From Malacoraja senta (Eukaryota): DNA of 64,000 nucleotides. The stretch spans positions 50,592,001 to 50,656,000 of the forward strand of contig CM075982.1 in the NCBI GenBank assembly GCA_038087875.1, in the 5' to 3' direction. The position numbers and the translations under genes were made by a program. Below are positions 13,386 through 25,850 of the stretch, piece by piece. The notes below the pieces were generated by a model that worked only from the letters and a program-made list of their open reading frames with translations, was not told where the DNA came from and searched no databases. Each line of letters starts with the position of its first letter. The first letter of the stretch is position 1.

Positions 13386-14542
13386 AAAAAGATGTCAGGT
13401 GATCACTTCATGTGGTCTCCGGGAGAGGGTCCATGTGGAGATTGCTGATCCCTTGGGCAGTGTCCCCGCTTGTGATGGACATCAGTGCAGTCTCGGTGAC
13501 CACCCAGTGCTGGGAAACATAGTCATACAACATGGATACAGGCCCTTTGACCCAACACGTCCATGGTGCCCCATCTACATTAGTCACATTTGCCCGTGTT
13601 TGGCCCATAACTGTGCATGATATCTCTTTTACATTACATGCCAACCAATCAAATGTGGATTTCTCATTTAATATAAATCCACACTCAAATACAGTAAATT
13701 CTCCGGAACGCTGGAGGTTGAGGTGATAGAAGTGTGTAAAATTATGAGAAGCATGGATAGGGTGGACAGTCTTGGGATGGAAATGTCAAATCCTAGAGTC
13801 ATGGAGTCATACAATGTTAAAACAGGCCCTTAGGCCCAACTAGTCCATGCCAACCAAAATGCCCCATCTAAGCTAGTCCCATTTGCCGGCATTCGGTCGA
13901 TACCTCTCTAAACCTTTCCTATTCATGTACCTGTCCAAGTGTCTTTTCAATGCAGTTATTGTACCTGCCTCAACTAACTCCTCTGACAGTGTGTGAATCA
14001 ATGCTGAAACAGAATTTGAACCAAACGGTGCAAAACAAAATTCAGACTGGGTCATTTTGGGGGCAAGAGCCAAGCAGACACGTTCTGAGCCCAGACACTC
14101 GGTTTGGGAGTGATGGACCATGGATAGACACCACCATCTGCTGGTGCTATCCAGTACTGCAACTGGCTGAGATTAATTGCATTCCCTATATAAGAAAGTA
14201 GCTGAAGATAGACACAAAATGCTGGAGTAACTCAGCGGGTCAGGCAGCATCTCTGGAGAAAAAGGAAAAGGTGACGTTTTGGGTTGGAAATCTTCTTTAG
14301 ACAGAGTCAGGGGGGAGGGAAACTATAGGTAGGCAAATGTTCAGAACAAATCAGAGCCGGCACCGATGACCAACGAAAGGTGGAGCCCACAATGATCCAT
14401 TGTTGGCTGTGGAAGAGGTGATAATGAAGGGATATATGGATGCGAACAGTGGAACTGGCAGGACGACTGGGGTGGAGAGAGAAGGAATGCAGGGGTTGCA
14501 TGTAATTAGAACAATTACAGAAAGTAGTTGCCTCAGTACTAA

Positions 14543-15076
<534 letters not shown>

Positions 15077-15725
15077 TAGTTGAGTCGGGTGGTGCAGCGG
15101 TAAGAGTTGCTGCCTCCCAGCTCCAGAGGGCCGGGTTTGAGTCTGATCATGGGTGCTGTCTGTACTGAGTTTGTATGTTATCCCCGTGACCGCGTGGGCT
15201 TCCCTCGGGTGCTCCGGTTCCCACTCACATTCCAAAGACGTGCGAGTTTGTAGATTAATTGGCTTCTGTAAATTGCCCTCTGGTGTGTAGGGAGTGGATG
15301 AGAAAGTGGTATAACATAGAACTAGTAAATAGGGGGACTTGGTGTCAGCGCAAACTTGGTGGGGCGAAGGGCCTGTTTCGACGCTGTATTTCTAAACTAA
15401 ACTAAACTACTATAATCATCAATGACATTTAAACAGGTACATGGATAGGAAAGGTTTAGAGGGATATGGGCAAAATGGGCAGGTGGGGCTGGCATAGATA
15501 GACATCTTTATCGGCATGAACATTTTGGGCCGAAGGGCCTGTTTCCGTACTGTATGATCTATGACTCTCTGTTTTAGTTTAGAGATACAGCAAGGCAACA
15601 GGCCCTTCGGCCAAGCAAGTCCATGCCGCCCATTGATCACCCGTTCAGAAACAAGGAGCGAAGAGTCCGGCGGGGAATTAGATGGTTTATACTTTTCTTC
15701 ACCTGGTTTGGTTTGTCTCTTGCAG

Positions 15726-15798
15726 ATATTAACATGGCCGGGGAGCCCAGGCCCAACAGACCCAAGGGGCTGAAGCGACCCAGTTCCACTTTGTACAG
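15726..15798 (+). CDS. RALY: RALY coding exon 2, 73 nt
   Basis: Acceptor ttgcag|, encodes (D)INMAGEPRPNRPKGLKRPSSTLY, donor AG|GTACCG; phase-compatible with its neighbours. Confidence 0.93.
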
Positions 15799-16002
15799 GT
15801 ACCGTCCTCACCACGTCTGGTAGCTCGGTCAGGCAGAACACCGGGGCTATGATGTAGGAGACAGAGTTTACGGCCATTCGGCCCAACTTGTCCCTACTGG
15901 GGGTTCCAGAAAACCAGATCTCCCCGTGCACTCTTCAGTCGCTGCTCCTTTGTGTGTTGATCCAGCTTCTCCCTAAATTCCATCACTCCGACACTCTGAG
16001 CC

Positions 16003-16478
16003 ATGGGCATTGGGCGTTGAATGTTGGACATTGGGCATTGGGTGTTGAGCATTTGGCATTGTATATTGGGTGTTGGACATTGGGTTTTGAACTTTGGCCA
16101 TTGGGCATTGATGTTGAATGTTAGTCGTTGGGTGTTGGACATTGGGCTTTGAATATTGAGCATTGTGTGTTGGGTATTGTGAGTTGGGCGTTGAGTGTTG
16201 GGCATTGTGTGTTTGGTATTGTGTGTTGGGTGTTGGACATTGGGTTTTGAACTTTGGGCATTGGGCATTGATGTTGAATGTTGGTCGTTGGGTGTTGGAC
16301 ATTGGGCATTGTGAGTTGGATATTGTGTGTTGGGTATTGTGTGTTGGGTATTGTGAGTTGGGCATTGTAAGTTGGGTGTGTGTTGGGTGTTGGACATTGG
16401 GTGTTAGGTATTTGGTGTTGAATGTTGGGCATTGGAAATGGGGCATTGGCCGTTGGACCATGGACATTGGACATTGAC
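16003..16478. repeat. Degenerate 7-mer minisatellite (TTGGGYR)n
   Basis: ttgggca/ttgggtg/ttggaca units with higher-order duplication; explains the repetitive ORFs in all frames. Confidence 0.95.
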
Positions 16479-16864
16479 GTTAAACGTTAACACTGGACAT
16501 GGAACAGTACAGCACAGGAACAGGCACAATGCCCGTGCTTAATATGACACCAAGTTAAACTAATCTCCACTGCTTGCACGTGATCCATATCCCTCCAGTC
16601 CCTGCATATCCATGTGCCAATCTAAACACCTCTTAAAACAGAGATGGTTGAATCAGATACAGTCGCCATGTTTAAGAAATATTTAAATAGTCAAGGTGTA
16701 GAATGAGACAGATCTAATGAGGGCAGATGGGATCAGTGTGAAGGAGCAAAAGAGTCAGCATGGACAATGTGGGCTGAAGGGCCTGTTTCTGTGCTGTAAC
16801 ACTCTAGTAAGTACTTTATTCACAGTTTTACCACCAGTGATTATTTTTTTCTCTCTCCTTAAAG

Positions 16865-16915
16865 CACCAGCTACGACTTTGCTTACGATTACTTCAGGGA
16901 TGATTTCTACGAAAG
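16865..16915 (+). CDS. RALY: RALY short Tyr/Asp-rich exon (51 nt, or 45 nt from acceptor 16871)
   Basis: Polypyrimidine tract then aaag|caccag|; encodes (S)TSYDFAYDYFRDDFYE(R), homologous to human GYIFDYDYYRDDFYDR; donor AG|GTAAC. Length is a multiple of 3. Confidence 0.88.
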
Positions 16916-17617
16916 GTAACGTCCGTGATTTGTATTGATTCCGCCGCTATTTGGGTCAGTAATTAGATCGTAAGATAAGTCCAATGCACCAATTGCAAGC
17001 TGTACGGTCAGCTGTGGCTCAGGAGCTGGGTCCCAATCTCCCCCCCCCCACCCCCCCGACACTGGAGCCAGGGACAGGGGCGAGCTCCACACTGGTGGGG
17101 AGGTTCCTTATTGGGGCAGGATGTTGGTCTGGGTCCTGCCTCTCCCTCTCAGGCACATATCCCGACCAATTTGTCTCCATCCACTAACGTCACCAAAGCA
17201 GGTGATTTACTGGGTTACGGGGAGAAGTCAGGGCAATGGGCTCCAGTGGGAAAACATAGATCAGCCATGATGGTGCAGACTTGATGGGCCGAATGGCCTA
17301 ATTCTGCTCCTGTGTCCTATGGTATCATGTTATTCCTGGTAGAAACGCTGATAGTATACATTGCTGCATATTTGTTGGCTGCAAAGTGCTTTGGCGTGTC
17401 TGACCTCCAAACCTCTGAGCACAAGCCTTCCATGGCTTCTGAAATATCTGTTGATCAATTAGCACAGTAAGAAGCCATGGACAAGGTGGGCCGAAGGGTC
17501 CGTTGCCAAGCTGTATGACCCCAGAAGCCATTCAGCTCTTCAGATTGTTCTGCCATACAGATTGTAGATGATCCGTATCTTAACTTTGTCAACCAGATTT
17601 CCTTCAGGTAGCCTTTT

Positions 17618-17872
17618 ATCTCTATCTCTATCTCTCACACACTCTCTCCATCACACACACACACTCCCACTCTCACGCACACTCTCACTCTCTCTCACAC
17701 ACACTCTCTCTCCCTCTCATTCTCTCTCATGTTCTCTTGCACACACACACACTCTCTCCTCACACACTCTCTCACTCTCACGCTCTCTCTTGCACTCTCG
17801 CACACTCACGATCACTCACGCTCACTCTCTCTCTCTCTCTCTCACTCCCCCCTCTCTCACACTCCCTCTCTC
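17618..17872. repeat. (CT)/(CA)n compound microsatellite forming the polypyrimidine tract of the RALY exon at 17881
   Basis: Direct reading. Confidence 0.95.
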
Positions 17873-17880
17873 CACCGCAG

Positions 17881-18041
17881 GATGCACGAATATTCGAGTC
17901 GACCCTCGCTGGTCCCCAGGGCCGTCCCGGTGAAGCGGCCTCGAGTGATTGTCCCCGTGCTCCGTCGACGGAAGTCCAACCTCCCGCTGAAGCTGATGAC
18001 CCGCTCCAGCACAATGGCAAAGAACGCCAACAAGTTAAAAC
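17881..18041 (+). CDS. RALY: RALY coding exon with NLS (PVKRPRV), 161 nt
   Basis: ccgcag| acceptor; MHEYSSRPSLVPRAVPVKRPRVIVPVLRRRKSNLPLKL...; donor C|GTGAGT at 18042. Confidence 0.93.
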
Positions 18042-19501
18042 GTGAGTCGTGTCTGACTTCAGCGCGGAATAAAACCAGTTAGCCTAACCGCTGGGCTAGA
18101 AATATATGTCTCCACGTGTTTATATGTAGACACAGGGAACAGCAGATGCTGGAATCTTGTGTAGGACACAAGTGCTGGAGGAATTTGGGACACAAGGAAC
18201 CGTAGGTGCTGGTTTGCAAAAAGGACACAAAGTGCTGGAGTAACTCAGCCGGTCAGGCAGCCTCTCTGGAGAACATGGAAGGTGAAAGGTTTCGGGTCAG
18301 GACCCTTCTTCAGACTGATTATGGTGGTGGGGGGAGAAAGTTGGAAGGGAGGAGAGGCAGGACAAAGCCTGGCCAGTGATACAGGTGGGTGGGGGCAGTT
18401 GGATTGGCAGACAGTTAGGCAAAGGCCAGGGATGAAAAGACAAAAGGTGTGAAGTAAGGATGCGAATTATGAATCAGTCTGAAGAAGGGTCCTGACCTAT
18501 CCACGCCCTCCAGAGATGCTGCCTGACCTGCTGAGTTACCCCAGCACTTTGTGTTTCCATGCCATACAACCACCTTCCCAATCATAGAATCTTCTCCTTT
18601 AAGTGCTTGGCTTGAGTATATGTTGATGCTATAGAACAGAGAACAGTACAGCGCAGTGAACAGGCCCTTCGGCCCGCAATGTCCGTGCCGAACATGGTGC
18701 CAAGTTAAACTAATCTCCTCTGCCTGAACCTGATCCATATTCCTCCATTCCCTGCATATCCATATGCCTATCCAAAAGCCTCTTAAATGCCACTATTGTA
18801 CCTGCCTCCACCACCGCCCCTGGCAGCACCACTCCAGACACCCTCCACACTTGTTCCGCACATCCCCTTTAATCTCAGGATAACCAGAATAGTGCAAAAG
18901 CGAAGTCCGTAGTCAACCAAAGACACATTCCACTGAAGATTCTAGTTACTGAGGTTAGTGTTGTGCAGTGTTCAACAGCCTGATGGTTGTTGGGAAGAAG
19001 CTGTTCTTGAAGGTGGTGGTCATGGTTTTCAGGCTCCTTGATCTTCTTCCTGATGGGCGACAGCACCTCCTGTAGATCCCTTTGATGGTGAGGAGGTCCG
19101 CACCCGTGATGGACCGGGCAGTGTTCACCACTCTCTGTAGCTTCCATGGTTCCTGGGCGTTCGAGGTGTTGAACTAGGCCGTGATGCACCTAATTGATAT
19201 GGTTGTGTGCAGTGCATGTGTGTGCTTGTGCGAGTTCACCACCAGGTCCCGGGTCAGTTATCAACTTCACTGCAAGATTCAGGCCCCTGCCTGAGATCTA
19301 AAACATCGACGTTTAAAAACCGTTTGGGAAAATAGATAGTTTTGGCAGAAGCGCGAGCTCTCTGTCGGTTAATGCCTCATCATGTGATGTTAAACTTCTT
19401 CCTCTCTGTCCCTCTCCCTCTCTGTCTCCTTCCCTCTCTCTACCCCCACCATCTCTATCCCCCTCCCTCTCTCTCCCCCTCCCTCTCTCTGCCCTTCCCA
19501 G

Positions 19502-19615
19502 TGAAATCCAATGAGCTACAGCGGATTAAAGTCGAGCTGACACAGATCAAGTCCAACATTGACTCGTTACTGGTTAGACTGGAGGAGATCGCGAAGGAGA
19601 AAGTCAGTCACACAG
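19502..19615 (+). CDS. RALY: RALY coiled-coil/leucine-zipper exon, 114 nt
   Basis: (L)KSNELQRIKVELTQIKSNIDSLLVRLEEIAKEKVSHT, the hnRNP C-family oligomerisation helix; cccag| acceptor, CAG|GTGGGT donor. Confidence 0.93.
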
Positions 19616-20263
19616 GTGGGTGGGTGAGTCCCTCTGTCGCTGCTGCCCCCTCCCCCCTGACCCCCCTCTCCAGACCTGACCTCCTCTTCCCCGGAGAAAA
19701 CTCATGCAGTCACAGGGAGAACATACAAACTCAGGCAGTGAGGCAGCAACTCTACCCATTGTTAATTACTAGCCAACTGTTCATCTTAAGAACATAGCTA
19801 GTCCCACCTCATTATCATAGAAAGATAGTTCTTTTAATCTCCAACTTTCTGAGATCTGATGAAAAATTGTTGACCAGCCTCATGTTACAGCTACACTGAA
19901 AGTACAGATTGGAAACAAGTGCAGGGACCACAAGAAGGTAGATTGGAAGATTAGGAAATCATCCCTTCTCTCCCCACAAACAATACCTGATCTCCTGCAT
20001 ATTCATATTATTCCCTGTTTATATAATAGATTACATTGACTTAAAAAGACATTTGGACTGATATATGGACAGGAAGGGTTAGAGGAAATGGGCCAAATGC
20101 AGGCAAATGGAACTGGCCCAGAATGGCAACTTGGTCAGCATGGATTAGGTGGGCTGAAGGGCCTGTTTCCATGCCGTACAGTTATGTGCGTGCTTGGGTG
20201 GGGGGGGGGGGGGGGTGGTCGTTGCGTGAAATACACCCGCTCTGAATTTGGATCTTTCTCCAG

Positions 20264-20430
20264 CGTCGAGGAAGAAGGCAGACGAAGGACAGACTGAGGC
20301 GTCTCACGGAGATTCCACTTCAGAAACTGCAGAGACGGTCACGGAGGAGGCATTTGAGGTGGAGGAGGTGGACACTGTCGATCTGGAGCAGGAAGAGGCA
20401 GCGGGAGAGGATGATTGCGAGGAGGAAATG
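20264..20430 (+). CDS. RALY: RALY acidic-tail exon, 167 nt
   Basis: tttctccag| acceptor; (A)SRKKADEGQTEASHGDS...EEAAGEDDCEEEM; ATG|GTTAGT donor; phases fit. Confidence 0.85.
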
Positions 20431-20489
20431 GTTAGTGTGGCTCTGCAGCAGTGATCGCTGCACCCTCAACCCTCAGTAGTTGAGTTAAG

Positions 20490-20795
20490 GAGTTTGGATT
20501 AGTTTAGTTTAATTTTGTTTTGTTTAGTTTAGATTAGATTAGTTTAGATTTGGTTTAGTTCAGATTAGTTTAATTTAGATTAGTTTAGTTAAGATTGGAT
20601 TAGTTTAGTTAAGATTAGATTTGTTTAGTTAAGATTGGATTAGTTTAGTTAAGATTGGATTCGTTTAGTTTAATTCAGTTATGGTTTAGTTTTAGTTTTT
20701 AATTTTAATTTAGTTTTGTATTAGTTTTAAAATTACATTATTTGATTGGTTTAGATTAGATTGGTTCAGTTAGTTTCATTTGGATTAGTTTAGTT
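20490..20795. repeat. (TTTAG/TTAGA)n array, expanded 3' tail of a minus-strand retroelement
   Basis: Runs directly into tgtcacgtgtac..., the reverse complement of the LINE end that usually carries (CTAAA)n. Confidence 0.85.
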
Positions 20796-21971
20796 TGTCA
20801 CGTGTACTGAGGTATTGAAAAGCTTTTATTTGCCTGCTATCTAATCAAAGAAAAGACTAAATATGATTAAAATCGAGCCATCCACTGTGCGCAGATAAAG
20901 GATAAAGTGTACAACTTTAGTGCAAATATATAACATTGAAGTCCAATAAAGTCTATCAGTGTGGCAATTACTCTTTGCATGTTTCCTTAAGACATGTTGC
21001 AGTTGTACAAGACGTTGGTGAGGCCACACTTGGAGTATTGTGTTCAGTTATGGTCACCCTGCTATAGGAGGAATGTCATTAAACTGGAAAGAGTGCAGAG
21101 AAGATTTACGAGGATGTTGCCAGGAGTCGAGGGCCTGAGCATGGGGCTGCATGATTTAAAGATTCTATACCTCTGACAATTAACTCTTCCCTTTAATATC
21201 GCAATAACCAACCAGAGTGCAGTGGAACCATTGCCCAGCGATGGGCCAAGTTTGACCCTGCACTGCGTCCCCACATAAATCTTCAATGAAACACCCTTCA
21301 TAGCAAACTGTCTTCACTATTTAGACTTTAGACACTTTGCGAAATAAATTGGGGTTGTATTTAAATTAAAAGCTAATAATTAAGATTATGCAACTCTTGA
21401 CTCCTTATGGAGGTCACATTTTTAAAATGTGCTTTTATAACCCAGCAGGTTTGTTAGTTCATGATCCAATTTGAAAAGTAGAAGGGTTGGTTCAATATGC
21501 TTTACTGGCACGGAATGCAGCCCAGTGGGCTTTAGAGAACAGAATCCACTGTCAGGGTTATCTGAGGAGCTGGCTGCACGTCTGACTTGCACCAGCACAC
21601 TCTTGGCAGTGGAGAGTCGTGCTGCAGCTTGGATGATTTAACCCATGAAATCTGCCCTGTAACACCTTGCTCTCCATTGTAAAGAGAAATGCAAGGACTT
21701 GTTCTTCTGCAACACCTCTCTTTGGTCAGCAGGGAACACGGCACTGACCCAGCGATCAGCAACTCTGTCACCAAGCTGGTAAAGCTGCTGCCTCACATCG
21801 CCAGAGACACGGGTTCAAATCCGACCTCGGGTTTAGTTTAGTTTATTGTCACGTGTACAGTGAAAAGCTTTTGTTTCGTGCTAACCAGTCAGCGGAAAGA
21901 CAATACATGATTACAATTGAGCCAATTGTAGAAGACAATTGGACAGCTTCAGGGATAGGAAAGGTTTAGAT

Positions 21972-22869
21972 CAGTGCTTCTTAAACAATTTCAGTGTCAT
22001 TCATCCTTTATCACAAAATTTCATTCACCCTCGACTAAGTTTTCTTATGTTTTTTGGTAATTTTCGTCTTATTCTCCCTCGTGTATAATTTTATATATAA
22101 TTTATTCTGTCACATGAGCAAAAAACTTAAATTAACTCATTTCTTAAGTGTTTATTGTTTTCAACATTTTGAACATCATAAAAATATGTAAAGAAAACTA
22201 GGAGTGAAAAAGAAAAAAAAAGGTTTAATTACCACTGGAGTGGGAAAATCATTTTATTAGAATGATAAAAAAAAACATTCCTATGTCTAAACTCTGGGCT
22301 TCAGCCCCATCCTACTCTTTCGGGCTTGGATTACTGCAGGGTTTTTTTCTTGGAAAACTAGCTAAAAAACCCCATGGAGTATGCGATTTAATATATTAGT
22401 ATCCAACTAATATAACTTCCTATAACTCTCCCCGACGACAGGTCACAATACCACCAAATATCAACTTTGGTAGCTAAATTGCTACACAAAGTAAAGTTAC
22501 AGTTCAACAGTTGCTTGCGGTGATCCTCCAGCTCCAGTGTTGTAATTTATATATTTATGATCCCACTAGCTCGTCTGGTCTTCCCCAAAAGGTTATATTA
22601 CAGTAAATTTGGGAAATATCCTGCTACTTTGAAATTAGGAAACCATAGGTAGAGAGAAAAAACATATCAAATTTCCAGCTTCACTGCCATTAAAATCAAT
22701 AAGAGCTTACTAACCACTTTAATGGCAATACCTTTTTTTAAGTATAGAAACAAATATATAAACTGAATAAATCAAGTCATTCACCCTTCATTCACCCCTC
22801 TAGTTTAATTCACCCCAAAATAATTTAATTTGCCCTTGGGTGAACCATTCACCAGTTTAAGGAGCACTC
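21972..22869. mobile_element. hAT (Charlie-like) non-autonomous element
   Basis: TIR CAGTGCTTCTTAAAC / GTTTAAGGAGCACTC; imperfect 8-bp TSD gtttagat/atttagag; interrupts a CR1 3' fragment. Confidence 0.8.
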
Positions 22870-24686
22870 ATTTAGAGGGATATGGGCCAAATGCATAGTG
22901 GGACTAGTATAGATGGAGCATATTGGTTTAAGCTATCTCCCAGCAACTTATCTCTCTCAAATGCCCATCAAATCCTCTTGTACTCTTTTGCCACCGGCCC
23001 AGACCGGAGCACTAGTTCAAACCAACCTATGTATTGCTGGAGATACAAGGAACTGCATATGCTGGTTTACAAAATAAGCCACAAAGTGCTTGCGGACACT
23101 CAGAGGGTCAGGCAGCATCTGTGGAGAACATGGAAAGGTGACATTTTGGGTTGGGACCCTTCTTCAGACTCAGAAGAAATCTGAAACATCTCCAGAGATG
23201 CTGCCTGCTGACCTGCTGAGTTCCTCCAGCACTTTGTGTCTTTTATTGTATGTATTTGCGAGATGGTGACGGGGAAAGCATGAAATGCACCCAAGGTCAG
23301 GATCAAATTCAGGTCCTGGGAATTGTGGTGGGGCATCGGACCAGGGAGTTTGTCCATCTCCTCGCCCCCTCCACCACCCGGGTGTGGTCTGTAGACCCAG
23401 CAAGATCTAAGGAGCCATTATTCCGCTCCATTCCCGACAGACATTGTTTCATGTCAGATACTTTGTGGCCACGTGTCATATTTTGCCTCAAGAAATCATT
23501 TTGTCTGATGTGGAAATCTTTTACCTAATCCCTTTGCCTTCAAACGGTATTGATCGAGAATTTGATAAAATGTGTAAAAGGAGCAGAGTTTTTTGAGTAC
23601 ATTAATAGGAAACAGGCAACTAGGAGCAAGTCTGGGATGGGGGAGGGGAAGGGAGGGGTCGGTGGTTAGGGGTGATTTAACTCAGGCTATCAATCACTTG
23701 TTCTAACAGCCATCCTAAATAACTTTCCTCAAACCAAGTAACCCTTTGCATTCCCCCTCTCTCTGCCCCTCCCCCACCCCAGTCATTGTACTAGTTTCAT
23801 TGTCTGTATAACTCGTTATCACCTACTCCACAGCCAACAATGGGCCATTGTTGGCTCCACCTTTCCTTGATCATGGTTACATTTTTGTATGTCTTCCATT
23901 CATTTCTTCTATATCTCTCGTTCCCTGACTCTCAGTCTGAAGAAGGATCTCGACCCGAAACGTCACCTATTCCTTTCCTCCAGAGATGCTGCCTGACCCA
24001 CCGAGTTACTCCAGCTTTTTGTGTCTATCTTGTGGCCTCCTAACTCTGGGTTAAAAACAATGTGTTTATTAAGTTCAGCCCACAATGTACATAGAATGTC
24101 GCCATTGGTCCACTCTGGGCTGCCCTCAATGACGCGGCAAGCTTGGAAATGTTGCCCAAAGGCGTAGACAGGCAAAATAAGTTGAGATCTTTGAGCATCT
24201 CTTGCTTATGTGTTGTGGTAGGAGAGGTGTGGGAACCAGTGGTCTGGCCTACGTCGGCTGTGGGAGGCGCCCCTGGGGCACAAAGGTGTACGGGCGAGGA
24301 GAGGGACGTGGTGTCCAAGGAAGGTGATGAGCTGGAGGCCTGCAGCAGCCTAGGGCTCGCCTGGATCGGGCACCGATCATAAGAACTAGAGTGCCGACTG
24401 GACTTCGAACATGGTGCCAAAACCTGCCGCCTCTTGTATGTGTGGATGCTGTAGGTTGAAGGGCCTGTTACCATGCTGAATCTCTTAACTAACCTAAAGA
24501 GCTGATCTCTATCAGACGGCGACATCACAGCCATGCCTCGGTTTGCAGTGTAAAGTTCCATTGTTCTAAACTCTTGTTCCATCACCTTTTCTGGGATTGT
24601 GTTCCGGCTTGATCACCTCTACCCCTGTCCTCACTCTGACTGTCCCGAAAAAAACGTTGATTTATCTCCATTCTCTCTCCCTGCAG

Positions 24687-24728
24687 GAGGCTCGTCACAG
24701 AGCAATGGCAGAGGCAACGTTAGAATAG
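24687..24728 (+). CDS. RALY: RALY last coding exon (EARHRAMAEATLE*)
   Basis: Strong acceptor ctctccctgcag|; TAG at 24726-24728; donor AAG|GTTTGT 3 nt after the stop. This resembles human RALY, whose stop is in the penultimate exon. Spliced CDS 864 nt = 287 aa. Confidence 0.75.
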   Translation, partial: EARHRAMAEATLE

Positions 24729-25127
24729 AAGGTTTGTAATTTTATCACCCAATTTGTTTCTTGCACCATGAGAGGAATAGATTGGGTAGATGCACAAAGT
24801 CTCTTGCCCAGAGTAGGTGAATCAAGGACCAGAGGACATCGGTTTAAGGTGAAGGGGAAAATATTTAATAGGAATTTGAGGGGTAACCTTTCCACACAAA
24901 GGGTGGTGGGTGTATGGAACAAGCTGCCAGAGCAGGTAGCTGAGCTGGGACTATCCCAATGTTTAAGAAGCAGTTAGACATGGATAGGACAAGTTTGGAG
25001 GGATATGGGCCAAACGCAGGCAGGTAGGACTAGTGTAGCTGGGACATGTTGGCCTGTGAGGGTAAGTTGGGCCGAAGCATTTTCGTTCGGACATATTTGG
25101 AGTATTGCGTACAAGTCTAGTAGAGTA

Positions 25128-25268
25128 AGCTCATTGGACGAGGAATTCTGGGGGAGTGTGTTCATTGGGCAAGGAACTTGATGGAGTACGCTCATTGGAC
25201 GAAGAACTCAAAGAGTGTGTTCATTGGACGCAAAGCTCTGGGAGAGGAAGCTCGTTGGATGAGGAATC
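25128..25268. repeat. ~30-bp tandem repeat x5
   Basis: Units built on (c/t)tcattggacgaggaa. Confidence 0.85.
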
Positions 25269-25418
25269 AGAGCAGTGGGCCATTATTAACGTTGATGGTT
25301 CTCTAGTTAATGAAGTGTAGCCTTCCCATCGAGTCCACCTGTCACACTGTGTTGGGTGAATGTTTCGACAGTTGCGACAGATTGCTTCCTGCATAAATTG
25401 GCTTTTTTATTTTTACAG

Positions 25419-25850
25419 ACTGAAAGCCAGCGGTTCCCAGCAGGCAACAAGTAATGGGGGGAGCGATCGAAATGGACTGAGCCTCGTGTCGCTTAATTAA
25501 CCGAGAAGCCACCAAAGGACATCAGTGTTTCACCTCAGCTAGACCAGGAGGATGGGGACATCTGAAAACATTTGGGCATTCCCACATCACTGAGCAGATG
25601 ATTAAAACAAAACCTGTTTGTGCCTCAGGATTGGCTGCAAGAAACACCGCGCACAAAGATCAAACTGATGGCCAATCAATGGCCTGTAACTCTCTGGGAT
25701 AATCAGTAGATGTCAGATTACTCATTCATTAGTTGTGTTCTCTTGGCATGTACAATACTGTTGTCAATCTGCATCATTCTCGAGAATATTACCAATCTGG
25801 ATTACTTTTTCGATGAGGGAGAATAAACCACCTCTTTCAAATTTTTAGAC
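25419..25850 (+). other. RALY: Putative RALY terminal 3'UTR exon with polyA signal
   Basis: Acceptor ttttttatttttacag| at 25418, non-repetitive sequence, AATAAA at 25822-25827 (another at 26552-26557). The 3' end is approximate. Confidence 0.6.

Noticed and set aside
15894-16477. Several long repetitive ORFs (PTHNTQ... / VGHWALG...)
   Set aside because: Translations of a 7-mer minisatellite, open in several frames at once.
24040-24585. 181-aa minus-strand ORF in a RALY intron
   Set aside because: No recognisable homology; overlaps a GC-rich, repeat-like segment.
25128-25268. CRISPR-like array
   Set aside because: Eukaryotic locus; degenerate tandem units without unique spacers or cas genes.
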